Shown: piece by piece, positions 13,291-29,419 of the stretch
How positions within the stretch are numbered: the first letter of the stretch is position 1
Layout: each line of letters starts with the position of its first letter
Assembly (NCBI RefSeq): GCF_009914755.1
Contig: NC_060947.1
Source of the DNA: the human T2T-CHM13v2.0 reference genome, Homo sapiens
Strand: one strand, 5' to 3'
Length of the DNA stretch: 64,000 nucleotides
The notes under the pieces: generated by a model
Databases searched by the model: none
What the model saw: the letters and a program-made list of their open reading frames with translations, nothing else
What the model was told of the DNA's origin: nothing
Made by a program: the position numbers and the translations under genes

Positions 13291-13675
13291 AGATTTATCA
13301 TTATCTAAGATAATTGATAAACAGATTTATCATTATCTAAGATATTGATAAACAGATTTATCATTATCTAAGATAATTGATAAACAGATTTATCATTATC
13401 TAAGATAATTGATAAACAGATTTATCACTATCTAAGATAATTGATAAACAGATTTATCCTTATCTAAGATAATTGATAAACAGATTTATCATTATCTAAG
13501 ATAATTGATAAACAGATTTATCATTATCTAAGATAATTGATAAACATATTTATCATTATCTAAGATAATTGATAAACAGATTTATCATTATCTAAGATAA
13601 TAAATAGATTTATCGTTATCTGAGATAATTAATAAATAGATTTATCTATTATCTATCTAAGATAATTGATAAATA
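13291..13675. repeat. 32-bp minisatellite, ~12 copies, palindromic unit
   Basis: Unit agatttatcattatctaagataattgataaac starts at 13291, 13323, 13354, 13386, 13418, 13450, 13482, 13514, 13546, 13578, 13606 and 13638. Confidence 0.97.
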
Positions 13676-14597
13676 GAATGATTTGTCACTCTATCTATTA
13701 TCTATCTAGCTATCTAGCTAGTTAGTTGTTAGCTAAAATAGCTTTTGGGGCTTTCAGCTTTTTGGATACTCAGTTCAAAATCTACTCTTCTTGTTTTCAT
13801 GAACTTGACTGCTATATTGTCCTTTACATTAGACCATCTGGGTGAACAGCATTTGGCTTTGCTGGTGCCAGCCTTAACAGAACACTTGTTATTTGGAGCA
13901 CTGTCTTAGTTCTGGCGCTCATGCATTCTGGAGTGAATATCATATGGACAATACAAGTTGATGCCTCAAGAGAATAAAACCCCCAGAATGGCAAGGCATA
14001 GGCAACATAGGAAACCCATTGATGATAATGAGACTCTGTTTTGTACTTTTGACAAATCAAACTGGAAACATTGGAGTTATGCGTTCCCTAATAATATGTG
14101 GAAAATACCATATCTTATCATTCTGAAAATGGTCAGTGAAATCTGAGTAATGGCTCCTTGGATGGATGTCATGACAACTATGATATTTTGTTGGGTTTAT
14201 ATGCCCATAGTATATTTTGTTCAACTCATATTTTTAAGTATTTAACACAGAGGGAGGAAGGTATAATACATTATTTAGATTACGAATGTCTTACATCATA
14301 TTTCCCATTACTCAGGGAAACTAGACAATTGAATAAATATTACTGTCCTTGAAATACCTCTAATGTATTGTAATCTCCCACTCCACATAAAGGTCAAATT
14401 TCTAATTCAACTTAAAGTGCTCTCAAAACAAATCTCATCAAGACAATAACAGAAGAGTATTTTTTTTGCCTATCACTACCCAACAAGAAGTATATCACTG
14501 ATATTCCAAGGTGATTTCTAACACACAATATCCTTATAGTTAACAACAAATGGTGTAGCAATCTCCATGTCCACAGACAAATGCTATAAGAAGAAGC

Positions 14598-14993
14598 TGT
14601 ATTAGTCCGTTCTCACACTGCTATAAGGATGTACCTGAGACTAGGTAATTTATAAAGCAACAAGGTTGAATCAACTCATAGTTCAGCATGGCTGGGGAGG
14701 CCTCAGGAAACTTACAGTCATGGTGTAAGGGAAAGGGGAAGGGGAAGCAAGGCACCTTCTTCATAAGGCAGCAGGAAGGCGAAATGCTAAATGAATGGGG
14801 AAAAAGCTCCCTATAAAACCATCAGATCTAGTGATAACTCACTCACTATCACAAGAACAGCGTGTAGGAAACTGCCCCTCATGATTCAGCTACCTCCACC
14901 TGGTCTTTCCCTTGACACGTGGGGATTATGGGGGTTATGGGAATTACAATTAAAGATGAGATTTGGGTGGGGACACAAAGCCTAACCATATCA
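14598..14993 (-). mobile_element. MaLR solo LTR (THE1D/MSTA-like)
   Basis: tgtattagtcc...aaccatatca termini; TSD gaagc/gaggc. Confidence 0.9.
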
Positions 14994-15336
14994 GAGGCGA
15001 ATATCCAATTTTTTCCCAACAGTTGACCCACTTTCAACTCCTCCAGAAGGAAGATTGGAACATAACCATTAGAAAAATATTCTGCTGCTGACACTAGTAG
15101 TGGATCTGGTTTGCACTGACCAGGAACCTATTTTAGGACAATGAATGGTCACAGTCTCTCATTAAATACCATTTCATCTTTCAAGAGAGCTCCTTTTAGA
15201 TTACAGGGACATGACATACCACTGGTACAGGACCCAATGATAAAGAGATGATAAGTGAAAATTGTCTGAAATGGAGTTGTTTTTGTTGAATTGCATATGG
15301 TGACAAGTGTGAAACTCTGAGACACTTTATGCCACA

Positions 15337-16070
<734 letters not shown>

Positions 16071-16090
16071 AGGTGGTCTTCCACAATTCC

Positions 16091-16253
16091 ACTACTGGCA
16101 TGCGTCACCACACCCAGCTAATTTTTGTATTTTTATAGAGATGGGGTTTCGCCATGTTGGCCAGGCTGGTCTCGAACTCCTGACCTCAAGTGATCCGCTC
16201 GCCTCGGCCTCCCAAAGTGTTGTGATTACAGGCATGTGCCACCATGCCCAGCC
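16091..16253 (-). mobile_element. AluS partial (left monomer plus linker)
   Basis: 'gctaatttttgtattttt..ggccaggctggtctcgaactcctgacctcaagtgatccg'. Confidence 0.85.
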
Positions 16254-16980
16254 TAGATGGTAGAAGTAACTCCTGGAAAGTAGATGCCCTTGGTAGAAAC
16301 TGCTAGGCTTGGAAATTATAGCAGCTAGCTTCTCCAAAGAAGCTAGTGATGGAGAGAAAAAGAGAAAGAGAACAGAAAAAACCTGCTTCAGGAAATATGT
16401 GATAGTTCTGTGTTGTCATGCACAGAATATATCCCATTACAAATAAGTGATAAAGAATGCAAAAAATAATTAGTACAGGACCTGGAGAAATTTTACCACT
16501 TAACACAGAGACAAAGGAGTAGATAATTGGCCAGGGGACACAGTGAGGGTGAATCATTTACTCTAAAGGAATGAACAGTGGCTAAGAGCATCTAGTAGTA
16601 CAGAGATGAATTGAGCCATAGGATAAAGACATATGGCAATTCCGAGGTTATTTGTAAGATTAAGCAGCCTCACTAATCCAGATATTTATGCTATAAGGAG
16701 TAAACATGGGGAAGAAATCAACATTGCATTTCTAAGGAGCTTTAGAGAGATACTTAATGGGCAAGCCAAGCAGGATGCCACAGAATTGAAAGAAATATTT
16801 CGATATTGTCAAGAGTCGAGTATGCTCATAGGAGGGGGGGTATTAAAAAAGAGGAAAAGATAATTTACCAGAGGGCAAAGACTTTCAGGAGTGAGAAGTC
16901 ATTGGAACGAGAAAGAAAGGGGTGAAAACGAGAGAAAGAAAGTGAAACAAGAATAAGGAAGGGCATGAAATTCCAGAGAA

Positions 16981-16989
16981 GTGTGTGTG

Positions 16990-17022
<33 letters not shown>

Positions 17023-17113
17023 TACAGAGAAAGAGACATACAGAGAGAAACAGAGACAGAGACATACAGAGAGAGACAGAGACAGAGACACAAAGAGAGA
17101 GAATGAGAGAGAG
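16981..17113. repeat. (GT)/(GA)/(GACA) low-complexity tract
   Basis: Direct reading. Confidence 0.9.
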
Positions 17114-18016
17114 TGAAAAATGTAAACAACAGAAAAACTTACAAAACCTAAAGACAGGGTCTTTCTTGAAATATGTGGAGGGATTGGCATTTTGCAATTC
17201 ATAAAGCATTTTGTTTAGAAGGCAATTATTTTACACAATTCTTGCTTCTTCCCCGCTCCAGTGCTTTGGCATGGGGCCAATTATTTTTAGTTCTGATTTT
17301 TACTTAGAATTCAGCTTCAACTGTGGGAGAGGAGTCAACTTGAGTAAGTCCCTTCTGCTTTTAATGCCATTTTCCTCCAATCTGTGTGATAATGACACCA
17401 ACTAAGAGTTATTGTCAGAGTCAAAGAAAATAATACACATTCAACAACCTGTCAGTGGAAGATGGCACATTGCTTGGTAAAACCCATACTTACATCTTTA
17501 AAGTTGCATTTGGTAACTTGAATTAGCTTTTTTTTTTTCCTCAGGGATAATGAATACTGTCGACATACTCAAGTGGTAAGAAGAATGGTTAGAAGCCTGT
17601 ACAACACTGACTGTTATTTTATCATCTCCTCTTATTAGCACACAGCTCAGACCATGAAAGGGTGCTGGATGGCAGAATTCTGTTCCAATTTCTACTATGA
17701 ATTAGGACTCGAATTTTTCCTGAGAAATGGCCTGTAAGATTCTGGCTTGTCATGTTTGCTTTTTCATTTTCAAGAGGGTTGAACAAAATATATCACCATT
17801 ACATTCCTATCATCTTATTAATTCTTACTTTGAATTCCTAAAAACATATCCTGGTAGTTTATTTCTTATAATCCTTTGACATTTAAACAAAGTGTTCAGG
17901 ACTACGTAAAACTATACTAATTTTTAAGAGAATGTACCTATTGTATCTTTACTATAAATCACATATGTTTTTTCCCTTTCATGAACTAAACTATTCATGC
18001 CTTTAAAGTTGCCTCT

Positions 18017-18409
<393 letters not shown>

Positions 18410-18846
18410 TTAGAGCCTTAATAAAAACCCAATGAAGCCATTAATTCAATTTTTTTTCTCAGTGGTAAAAAGAATGCAAATTATTATCCAAATATAAAAC
18501 TTTTCCTCAGTCGTAAAAGAAGCCTAAATTATTTTGTAATTATTTCAAGCTTAAAATTGCCAGGTATCTAAATATTTGATAAAGGATAAATATATACAAT
18601 TATTACTAATCATACTAATTGTTACTTCACATAAGAAATAACAAAAACAATACACATGAGGAGAAAATAAATAAAATACAAATAAAATTTATATTTGACA
18701 TTCTACTGTCTAAATTTCACTCATATCACAGCCTTACTTCTGCTGGAATTTTTCTTATACTTACATTCTATTATTTGTGCTCATCGTCAATTTTTTTTAA
18801 CTATCTATGACTTTTTTTCTCGTTTTTTCTCCTTTTTTATCTAGAC

Positions 18847-19020
18847 TTTTTTTTTTTTTTTTTTTTTTTTTTGAGACAAGGTCTCACTCTGTCACCCAGG
18901 CTGGAGTGCAGTGACACAATCGTAGCTCTCTGCCGCCTTGAATTCTTGGGCTCAAGCAATCCTCCTGTCTCAGCCTCCTGAGTAGCTGGGACTATAGGTG
19001 CATACCACCATGGCCAGCTA
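18847..19020 (-). mobile_element. AluJ right monomer
   Basis: Long poly-T plus right arm only. Confidence 0.85.
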
Positions 19021-19602
19021 TCTTTTATAAAATTTTAGTTGTCAGACATCTTTATTTCTAGGGATTGTCACCAACCACCAACACAGGTCCTGACAATTGC
19101 TTGGATATCAGAGAGATTGGCCAACTAAATCACTGTCCTTTAGATCCAATAATCTTCTTTAGAATCTCTTCTCCATAGCCCTTCTTCTTCTAAACCAAAA
19201 TTCTCCCAGGTGTGGATAATTGAAAGTGAAATTTTACCTAGGACTTACATTTCCCCAGAGAATATGAAGGCATGAAGATCCAGAATGTATTTGCATAAGA
19301 TGTTTATATCAGATTCAGGATGAGAAAAACACAAGTTGTTTTCACCTGCTGCTTGGTGAAAGAATTTCAGTAAAGCAAACTGGAGCAGATTTAAAGACAG
19401 AGTCCAGTGATTGACACATTGAAGACTTTCATTTGGTGACTATAAGAGAAATAGATGTTAGATTTAGTAAGTAAGAAAAATGTTTATGCACTATAGAGAA
19501 AGGTGTGTCTCTCTGGGTAGCACAGGGTTATAAAACATACAGACGAGAATCACTGTGTTCTTGGAGCAGCTCTCACAGTCCTTAGATGTGGGAAATTAGG
19601 AT

Positions 19603-19978
19603 TGATATGGTTTGACTGTGTCCCCACCCAAACCTCATCTTGAATTGTAATCCCCATATCCCCACACGTCTAAGGAAGGACCCAGTGGGAAGTGATTGGG
19701 TCATTGGAGCTGTTTCCCCCATGCCGTTCTCGTGATAGTGAGATAGTCCTCACAAGATCTGATGGTTTTATAAGGCAGTTTTCCCTGCTCTTGCTAGCTC
19801 TCTCTTTCCTGCCCCTATGCGAAAAAGGTCTTTGCTTCCCCTTTCCCTTCCGCCATGACTGTAAGTTTCTTCAGGCCTCCCCAGCCATGTGGAACTGTGA
19901 GTCAATTAAACCCTTTTTCTTTATAAATTACTCAGTCTCGGGCAATTTTTTATAGCAGTGTGAAAATAAACTAATACA
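19603..19978 (+). mobile_element. THE1 solo LTR (MaLR)
   Basis: tgatatggtttg...ctaataca termini; TSD aggat/aagat. Confidence 0.92.
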
Positions 19979-21316
19979 AAGATCTTTATTTAAATTTTCC
20001 CAGTGTTAGGATTCTCACGAATCAGGTCAGGTTAATGTTTACTTGCCTTATTTTTTATTCATATTAAGCTTAAGTACATTGCCTGGATTGTGGTGAGAAT
20101 AAAATGTATCAACAAATGTACTATGTGCAGAAGAATGCCTTGTGCAGATTAGCACACTGTATATTTATATCGAATTAAGCAGTGGCCTAAATGGTTCCAA
20201 AGTTACACAATTCTGTTGCTTTTTCTTTTTAAAATATAGAAAATATTGACCATGCTATTATACAAAATGTCATAATAACGTAAGGTGGCTGACAGTTAAA
20301 GAAGCACTTGAGTGGAAGCATTCTGGATATAATGTTGGTAAAACTAGAAGACTTAAAGTATTCACCGAGGCAAAAAGGTGGCAATAAAAAAATTTCCTGG
20401 TCTTGTAGCTCTCATATTCTTAAGCTTTGGGGAGTAAGAGGGATGAAGGAAAGATGGGGAGGGAGCAAAAGGGAGAGAGAAGGAGACAGGGATAGTTGGT
20501 CTAGGGAGAATAGTTAATAACACGTTAAACAGGAGAGTGTGAAAGTGGCATAATCCCACTAAAGCGATAAGTGTTCCTATTTCCTCTCTCTCTCACACAT
20601 GCAGGCCTCGTGACTTCAGCATTATTCATTCAACAAAGGATTTCTTAGTAATATATGCAGTCGATTTGAATAAGGAAGGCAAAGCCAGGACGTGCTACAT
20701 GTCATCGGTATCTTCTTCAGCAGAGTTACCTCTAGAGAGCAAACAGAGAGATTCTGTTACCAGGGACGTTAAGTCAAAACGAAAATGGGTATTCATTATT
20801 TATGATTAAGAGGACGAGGTTCACAATGCAAGCACAGGGGAAACAAAGCCTGCCTGCCTTCTGAGTCAGCGATCCCCAAGGAGTGATGTAGAGAAGGGAA
20901 GGAGGTCATGAGAGACTTGCAGAGAAGAATACAACGAAAGAATGCATTCTTGTTCTGAAATATTCCTGGAAGATCCCCGGAGGTGACTCTCTCATTCCCA
21001 GATAAATCACTGTTCTGGTTTGTCCCTGTCTCTGATCTATGCAGGTGCTATCACCTTATGAATTCTGCAGTTGGCAATTTCAACCAGATACCACAAATGT
21101 CTGTTCATGACTGCATGCAGCTCAACCCCAACTTCTTCATTTTATGGCTATTGTTAAAATTGCATCTTCAAGATGGACTTGTGATTTTGCAAATAAATCA
21201 GAATCAGATGTTGTCAATCACATCCAGTGTTCTTACCCTTGGTGACAGTTCTTATCTCCATGTAACCACAGGAAGATGTGCTACAGCTTGTATGTTGTAA
21301 GGTTAAGATAGGAAGG

Positions 21317-21605
21317 AGCTGGGAGCAGTGGCTCGTGCTTGTAATCCCAACACTTTGGGAAGCTGAGGCAGGAGGATCACTTGAGGCCAAGAGTTCAAGA
21401 CCAGCCTGGGCAATGTAGTGACACCCTGTTTAAAAAAAATTAAAACATTCGCTGGGCATAGGGACATGCATCTGTAGTCACAGTTACTCAGGAGGCTAAG
21501 GCAGGAGGATCACTTGAGCCCAGGAGTTGGAAGCTGTAGTGAACTATGATTGTACCACTGTACTCCAGCCTGGGCAATAGAGCAAGACCTGGTCTCTAAG
21601 GGAAA
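21317..21605 (+). mobile_element. AluJ
   Basis: Dimer with 'ggaggatcacttgagcccaggag' in the right arm. Confidence 0.9.
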
Positions 21606-21650
21606 ATTTTTAAAAGAATGAATAAGGGTGGGCTGGTCTTTGATAAAATA

Positions 21651-22583
<933 letters not shown>

Positions 22584-23022
22584 TACATAGTAAGGTTTCT
22601 CACTCCACTGCGTATTTCGAGGCGATTGTGCTTGATGGGATATTCAGGTCATCCTTTGGGATTCTGTAGGATAGGAAACAAAATTGAAATACCAGGGCGT
22701 GATAGAGGGAAAACAAAAAGTTACCATTTGGGGATTATGGCCACTCAGGTCCTACCTTTGTTGTGCCCTGCTGTGTCTCTAGAGCTTGCACCCAATAGAA
22801 GGAAGCTCAGCATCAAAGATTGACTTGTCTTAAGTTCCTGAATGGTCCGAGGCAATTGGTGTCTGTATTATAGGAAATATTTGGATTATACCAAGTTATG
22901 CCCTCCAAGACCTACTTTCCACATTCATTCAACTCGCTAGCATACTTAAGTTTTTTACAGATACCGATGCGTAACACCTTTTGCCTTTCTTTCAGTGATT
23001 CTTAGGCAGAGAAAAAATGTAT

Positions 23023-23420
23023 AGACTGGATAAAAAACATGAGGTACATACCCACCATGGAATACTATGCAGCTATAAAAAAGAAGATCATGTCCTTTTC
23101 AGGGACGTGGATGGAGCTGGAGGACACTGTCCTTAGCAAACTAATGCAGGAACAGAAAACGAAATGCTCCATGTTATCACTTATAAGTGGGAGCTAAATG
23201 ATGAGAATACATGGACACAAAGAGGGGAACAACACACGCTGGGGTCTAAAGGATGGGTGGAAGGTAAGAGGAGGGGGAGGATCGGGAAAAATAACTATTG
23301 GGTGCTAGGCTTAATACCTAGGTAATGAAATAATCTATACATCGAACTCCCATGACACAAGTTTACCTATGTAACAAACCAGCACATGCATCCCTGAACT
23401 TAAAAGTTAAAAAAAAAAAA
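23023..23420 (+). mobile_element. L1PA/L1PB 3' end
   Basis: 'ccatggaatactatgcagc..cttataagtgggagctaaatgatgagaa..catccctgaacttaaaagttaaaaaa'. Confidence 0.92.
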
Positions 23421-23967
23421 GTATAACTGAAGAAGACTATGAGAATCTTGGAAAGTCCCAGAAGGAAATATTAAAGAAGCCATTGATACAGGTAATGTTA
23501 TAATGCTTTTTTCCAGGAATATGTAATTTACATGTTATGAAAATACACTACAGGGAAGCTAATAGATGCTTTGTTCAAATTTTCTGTTCTTTTTCTATCT
23601 TTTGTAAACAAGTGTCAAAAACATCTCAAAGAATGAGTTTCCAAAGGCAGTGACGTGCTGTTGAAGGTGTGTGGGAGATGACCAGAAGAGATATAGACCT
23701 ACATATAAAGTGCAAGGTCTGAATACCATCTTCAATTTAATTCTAATTCAGAGAGAAAGAAGCAGCCATGTTTTTCAGGAGAGTTAAAAGTCTCTCTCTC
23801 TTTCTCTCTCTCTCTCTTTTTCCCTACAGGGAAATAAAACACATTAAGTAAATCTCCATGGTAAACAGTATATTTTGTTTGTCATCAGAAAGATCTGTAC
23901 TATAGCAACAGAAAACGTTCAGTGATACAAGTTAAAAAAATATCGGGAGTCCATTGCATGGAAATGA

Positions 23968-24359
<392 letters not shown>

Positions 24360-24931
24360 CTACTCAAATAAATTGTAGTTTTCTGTGTACAATCCAGCTT
24401 GTAGCCATGATCAACAAAATAAAAGTGAAATTTAAAGGAAAAAATGTAAGTCTACTTTTAGGTATTTTTAAGACTGAAGCAGATAGTTCCTTAAAAACTG
24501 GTTTTTGTTTTGTTTTGGTTTTTCTCCAAAACCATGAGTTTTCACTTCAAGCATGTAATATTTTGTAGGTTGGACTTTTAGCGAAAAAGACAGAAGCAAA
24601 GTCTTCATCTAGTAGTTTATATAAAAATATATTACTTATTTGTAAGTAGATGAATGCAGATGGAATTGTAACTTTTCAATAAGAGCTATTATTAGGTCTG
24701 GCGTTGATGAATGCATTATACTCAGGAGCACAGGCATTTCTGCTAGTAAGACTATAGAATACTAATATAGAATACAATATATAGAATACTATTCAATAAA
24801 TATAAAATATCTTCAGGGTATCAAACTGTAGCTGTGTCCACTGGGTCATTTTGAGGTGGTTGTGCATACATTCGTCTTCGTGATAGATTGTACATTTTTT
24901 GACATAGGGCTCATTTAAATGTATCAATACT

Positions 24932-25220
24932 GGCTGGGCACAGTGGCTCAAGCCTGTAATCCCAGCACTTTGGGAGGCCAAAGCAGGACGATTACTTGAG
25001 CCCAGGAGTTTGATACCAGCCTGGGCAACATAGCGAGACCCTATAAAAAAATTAGCCAAGTGTGGGGGCACACACCTGTGACCCAGCTACTCAGGAGGCT
25101 GAGGTGGAAGGATCACTTGAGCTCCAGAGCTTGAGGCTGCAGTGAGCCGTGATCATGCCATCGCACTTCAGCCTGGGCAACAGAGCAAGACCTTGTCTCA
25201 AATTTTTTTTTAATTAAAAA
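24932..25220 (+). mobile_element. AluJ
   Basis: Full dimer with J-type diagnostics. Confidence 0.9.
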
Positions 25221-25755
25221 AGTATTAATATCATATCCTCAGCACTTACAAAGAAAATATTTTTCACTCAGGAGTTGTTCAATAGCAGTTATTGAGTTCA
25301 TTTTGTGTATATAAACTCTTTCTTTAACATGCAAAATATATGTGCATGTCGCCATCTAATAATGTAAATTATCCAGAAAAAGTTTCATTAACATGCCATA
25401 CAGAGAAGTGGCTTTTGGCCAAATTTTTTTGGAAAATTCTTTCTATCATAACCCTGGATTGACAGTCATTAACATCTCTAGATCTTAAATACATGCTTAA
25501 GAAGAATTATTAGTACATTTATAAGCCTAAGAGTATCCCCAGAGCAGTTGAAATTTTACATCTCCTAGTACGATTTTTATATTTACATGTATTACAGTTG
25601 CTTTCAGCTTGTCTAAAGATAATATGGAGACTCAGAAAACAGTTAAGTTAACATCTTCTCAGGCATCTAATGTCATATAGAGTGTACTGTAGTAACAGTT
25701 GAAATATTGAGATAGAAAATTGTCCTTTCCTAAATTTTATATATTCTTCCTTGAT

Positions 25756-26073
<318 letters not shown>

Positions 26074-27606
26074 TTCCTAGATATTCTGTACATGTAATGT
26101 GTATGTTTAGTTGCTGTACTTAATCTATACTATATATAAAGCTTTTCTGATTTACTTCATGATTTTAAGGTGTAAGATAACATGAAATATTTGGAGGTCA
26201 GCCTATAGACACCTTAACTCAGGTATTGCTATGAACTCCTACTAATGTTATTGGTAGTGGGACAGATATATAACTAGTATACCTCCCATTGCTTTAAATT
26301 TGATATTCTTGTGTGTGCAAATTGTGAATGACTGTACATGAAAGATACATTGCAATTTAAATAGAAAATCCATTGCAATTTCAACAGAAACAAAACACCA
26401 CTAATTGAGTTTTTATAGAATCTGTTTAAATCAAATTTTAAGGAATGTTTTATTAAAATGTATCTGACTAGTAAATGTTGTACATTTTAAGATGTGTTCT
26501 CTAAAAGGAGAAAATGAAATTTGTTAAAATCTAACGACTCTTGAATTGGTACTACCTCTATTATATGAAGTATGCTAACATATTAAATTAAAGATATTTG
26601 TCAGATTTATAGCTAAGTCTTTGTTAAGATTGCCTAACGAATCAACATGTGTTGGACCATTTCCCCCCTGGAAATGGGGAAGCTGGAAATTGGGGTGTTT
26701 TGTTGAAAGAATATTAAGCTCGTTAATGATTTGTTTACAAGTCACTGGAGCGGGCTGGCAGCTGCTGGGGATTAAGTCCGTGGTGAATTTTTAGAAACAT
26801 TGTTGAAATATTAATGGAATTCTTGAGACCATTTTAGCTAGTGATCTTTCTATTTGTTTGTTTGTTTTTGTTAAATCTGGTTTAAATACGTTTCTCAGTG
26901 ATTCTGCATGTCTTATGGTGAACATGCTAAAATTTCTTCTTCTCCAAATCAATAGAAATAAAACATTAGATGTATGGAATACATATGTGTATATAGGAGA
27001 AATATGTGCATGCATAGGACTGAGATATTTGATCCTAAGGAAATGGATTGTTGGTCTTAAATGTTTTATCTTTGGTGAGTACAAGTAGAATCATGGTGCA
27101 TAGTGCTTAGGATATGCATGAACGCAGGGACTGAAATTGACTGTCTATGTGAGACTAATATTCCAAAAGAATTTCTGTATTAAACTGTGATGCCATGACA
27201 CGTATTCTTGTGCCTGGGTCTACAGAAATGCAAAATGTCTTCTCTGGAAACTGCATACAGAAAGAGTCCTGGCTAGGAGAGCCAAACAGTTTAGTTCAGA
27301 ATATGTCTGACATCTAAATGACAAGACAGCTCATCACCAGAATCTGCAGGACACTCTGGGAGAGAATTGACACCAGAGGAAGTAGAGATCAGGAAACAAT
27401 GTAACTAAAAACTTTAAATAAATATGATTGAAGTTTATATTGTAAAAAGGAAAAAGATGCATAAGTAAAATATGACAGGAATATACATATGTATAAGGAT
27501 ACATATGACAGATATAAAAATGTATAGAATATGTGTATATATACACACATGCACACACAGCATATACATACATATAGGACACAGATAGACACACATATCT
27601 ACATAT

Positions 27607-29279
27607 AAATGTACATTTTCATATACAACAATTGAAATGCACATCTATATCTTAAAAACATTGTCACTCAACTTCAAGTTAAGGAACTGGCAACATGTTT
27701 AATCATCTAACCTTATTCATAAGTGTGAAATACTATACACAAATTGTTTATCAAATAGTGTTGGAAGTTATGGTCAAAGATGTTAGCTTACTGATAGTAA
27801 TATTATTTTCCTGTAAATGTGAAAATATATTGGACAATTTGAACAGTTCTTTATTTTGAATGGTGTAAATGTAGGTGCATTTTATATTATCTATATGATG
27901 TACCTATTAATATATGCATATCTATATTTTTATTATCTGAATATATGTATGTGCATATATCCATGTTTTACTGTTAGTATATGCTTATGATAACTAGACA
28001 TAATTAGTTGTTTTATAAGATGTAAATATTGGGAACAGGATATACAATCACTCAAATGAATAAAAAAGCATTTTCATTTTCCTCTAAAATTGAATATAGA
28101 GAATGTTGCTTCAACTAATAACAACTAAAAAATAGTAACAATAACAACAATGAAAAACAAAAAAAAAATCAATGAAGCATGAGATGGTTGTGGTGAAAGC
28201 AAGAACTGCAAATACTACAACTACCTGAATAATGGCAAAATGAAAAGTCTGGTGAGCTGCAGCTATTTTTGTACTTCTGGGCATTTTTCAAGTCAAAGTG
28301 CTGGACAAGAATCTATGGCACCCAGGCAGAAGTTCCTACTGGGCAAGAAAAGAAATAACCAGCAACCAAACTGCAGAGCTGTTGACCCTGTAACACAAGA
28401 AAGACACTATTGAGAGACTTGAGTGGCCAGGATGCTGGTAAAAATGAATTCTCAGATGCCAAGCCTGAGTTTCCACCCTTTTTCCTCCTAGATATTTGTT
28501 GATTCTAGATCTATGTGGAGCAGGATGCTAACAAACCTAGCATCTTTCAGAATATCATTGTTTCCTATATTATTTAATATAAATATGATAATTTCAAACT
28601 TTGATTTACCTGGGGGTGTATTTCTATTGACTCATTTTCTCTTTCCTGTTGAAGATTTAGTCCTGTCTCTCTCTTTGCATGCATAACTTGCTCTTATCTA
28701 ATATTCTACAGTTGTGAATAACATTTGCATAGGCTCTGAAAGATAATTTTGCCTTATCAAATATCATACATATTACAAATGTATGGCAACTAAATGGAAG
28801 GAAGTAGTGCAGATACAGCCCAAACATATTTTTTACACAGTATTATAATTTCATATTGACAATCAAATGATTCAGAATATTTTTGAGAATCTTATGATAA
28901 CAGTTTTGGATGTTTGGGAGGATGAATATTATAAGTTGCTGCCCATGTGTAAATTATCATAGCCACGTTGAAGAGTTTAGAAGTGTTTTTGTATAACTGG
29001 AAATGTATGTTTTTATATACAACACATTCAGATGAGCGTCTATACCCTAGAAAAACTTTGGTTCACTTTCATATTCAGGAATGTGTGACATGTTCCTATC
29101 AACCTTGTTTGTAAGTGTGAAATACTGTAAATGAATTGTTCATCAGATGGTGTTGGAAGTTGTGGTCAAAAAAGATGTTAGCTTACTGCTAATGACACTT
29201 TTTCCTTCAAATGTGAAAATATTTTGGAAAATTTGAAAGAGTGTTTGTGAATGGTAAAAATGTAGGTGAATTTTAGATT
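27607..29279 (+). repeat. Dispersed direct duplication, ~280 bp (27607-27888 and 29001-29279)
   Basis: Shared blocks taagtgtgaaatact, gtgttggaagtt.tggtcaaa, gatgttagcttactg, aaatgtgaaaatat and aaatgtaggtg in the same order. Confidence 0.85.
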
Positions 29280-29419
29280 GTGAGCTCAGGGTGAGAATTG
29301 AACTAATAATAAACATCGGAGCCTGTTACATACTCATTCTTTTTTCAGATTCTATTTTATGTACTAAAGGTTAGTTATACTTGTTACATTATTCTTTGTA
29401 TTTTAACGTGCTCTCTCTT

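Noticed and set aside
13291-13675. CRISPR-like array (32-bp palindromic repeats)
   Set aside because: Units are head-to-tail with no unique spacers, there are no cas genes, and the context is primate nuclear DNA
16865-17209. Overlapping ORFs with LSLS/ERER runs
   Set aside because: GA/GACA microsatellite artefact
26690-26790. Short GC-richer island with homeobox/forkhead-like motifs (ttaatga, tgtttac, ggatta)
   Set aside because: It could be a conserved element, but short motifs in AT-rich DNA cannot be supported without conservation data
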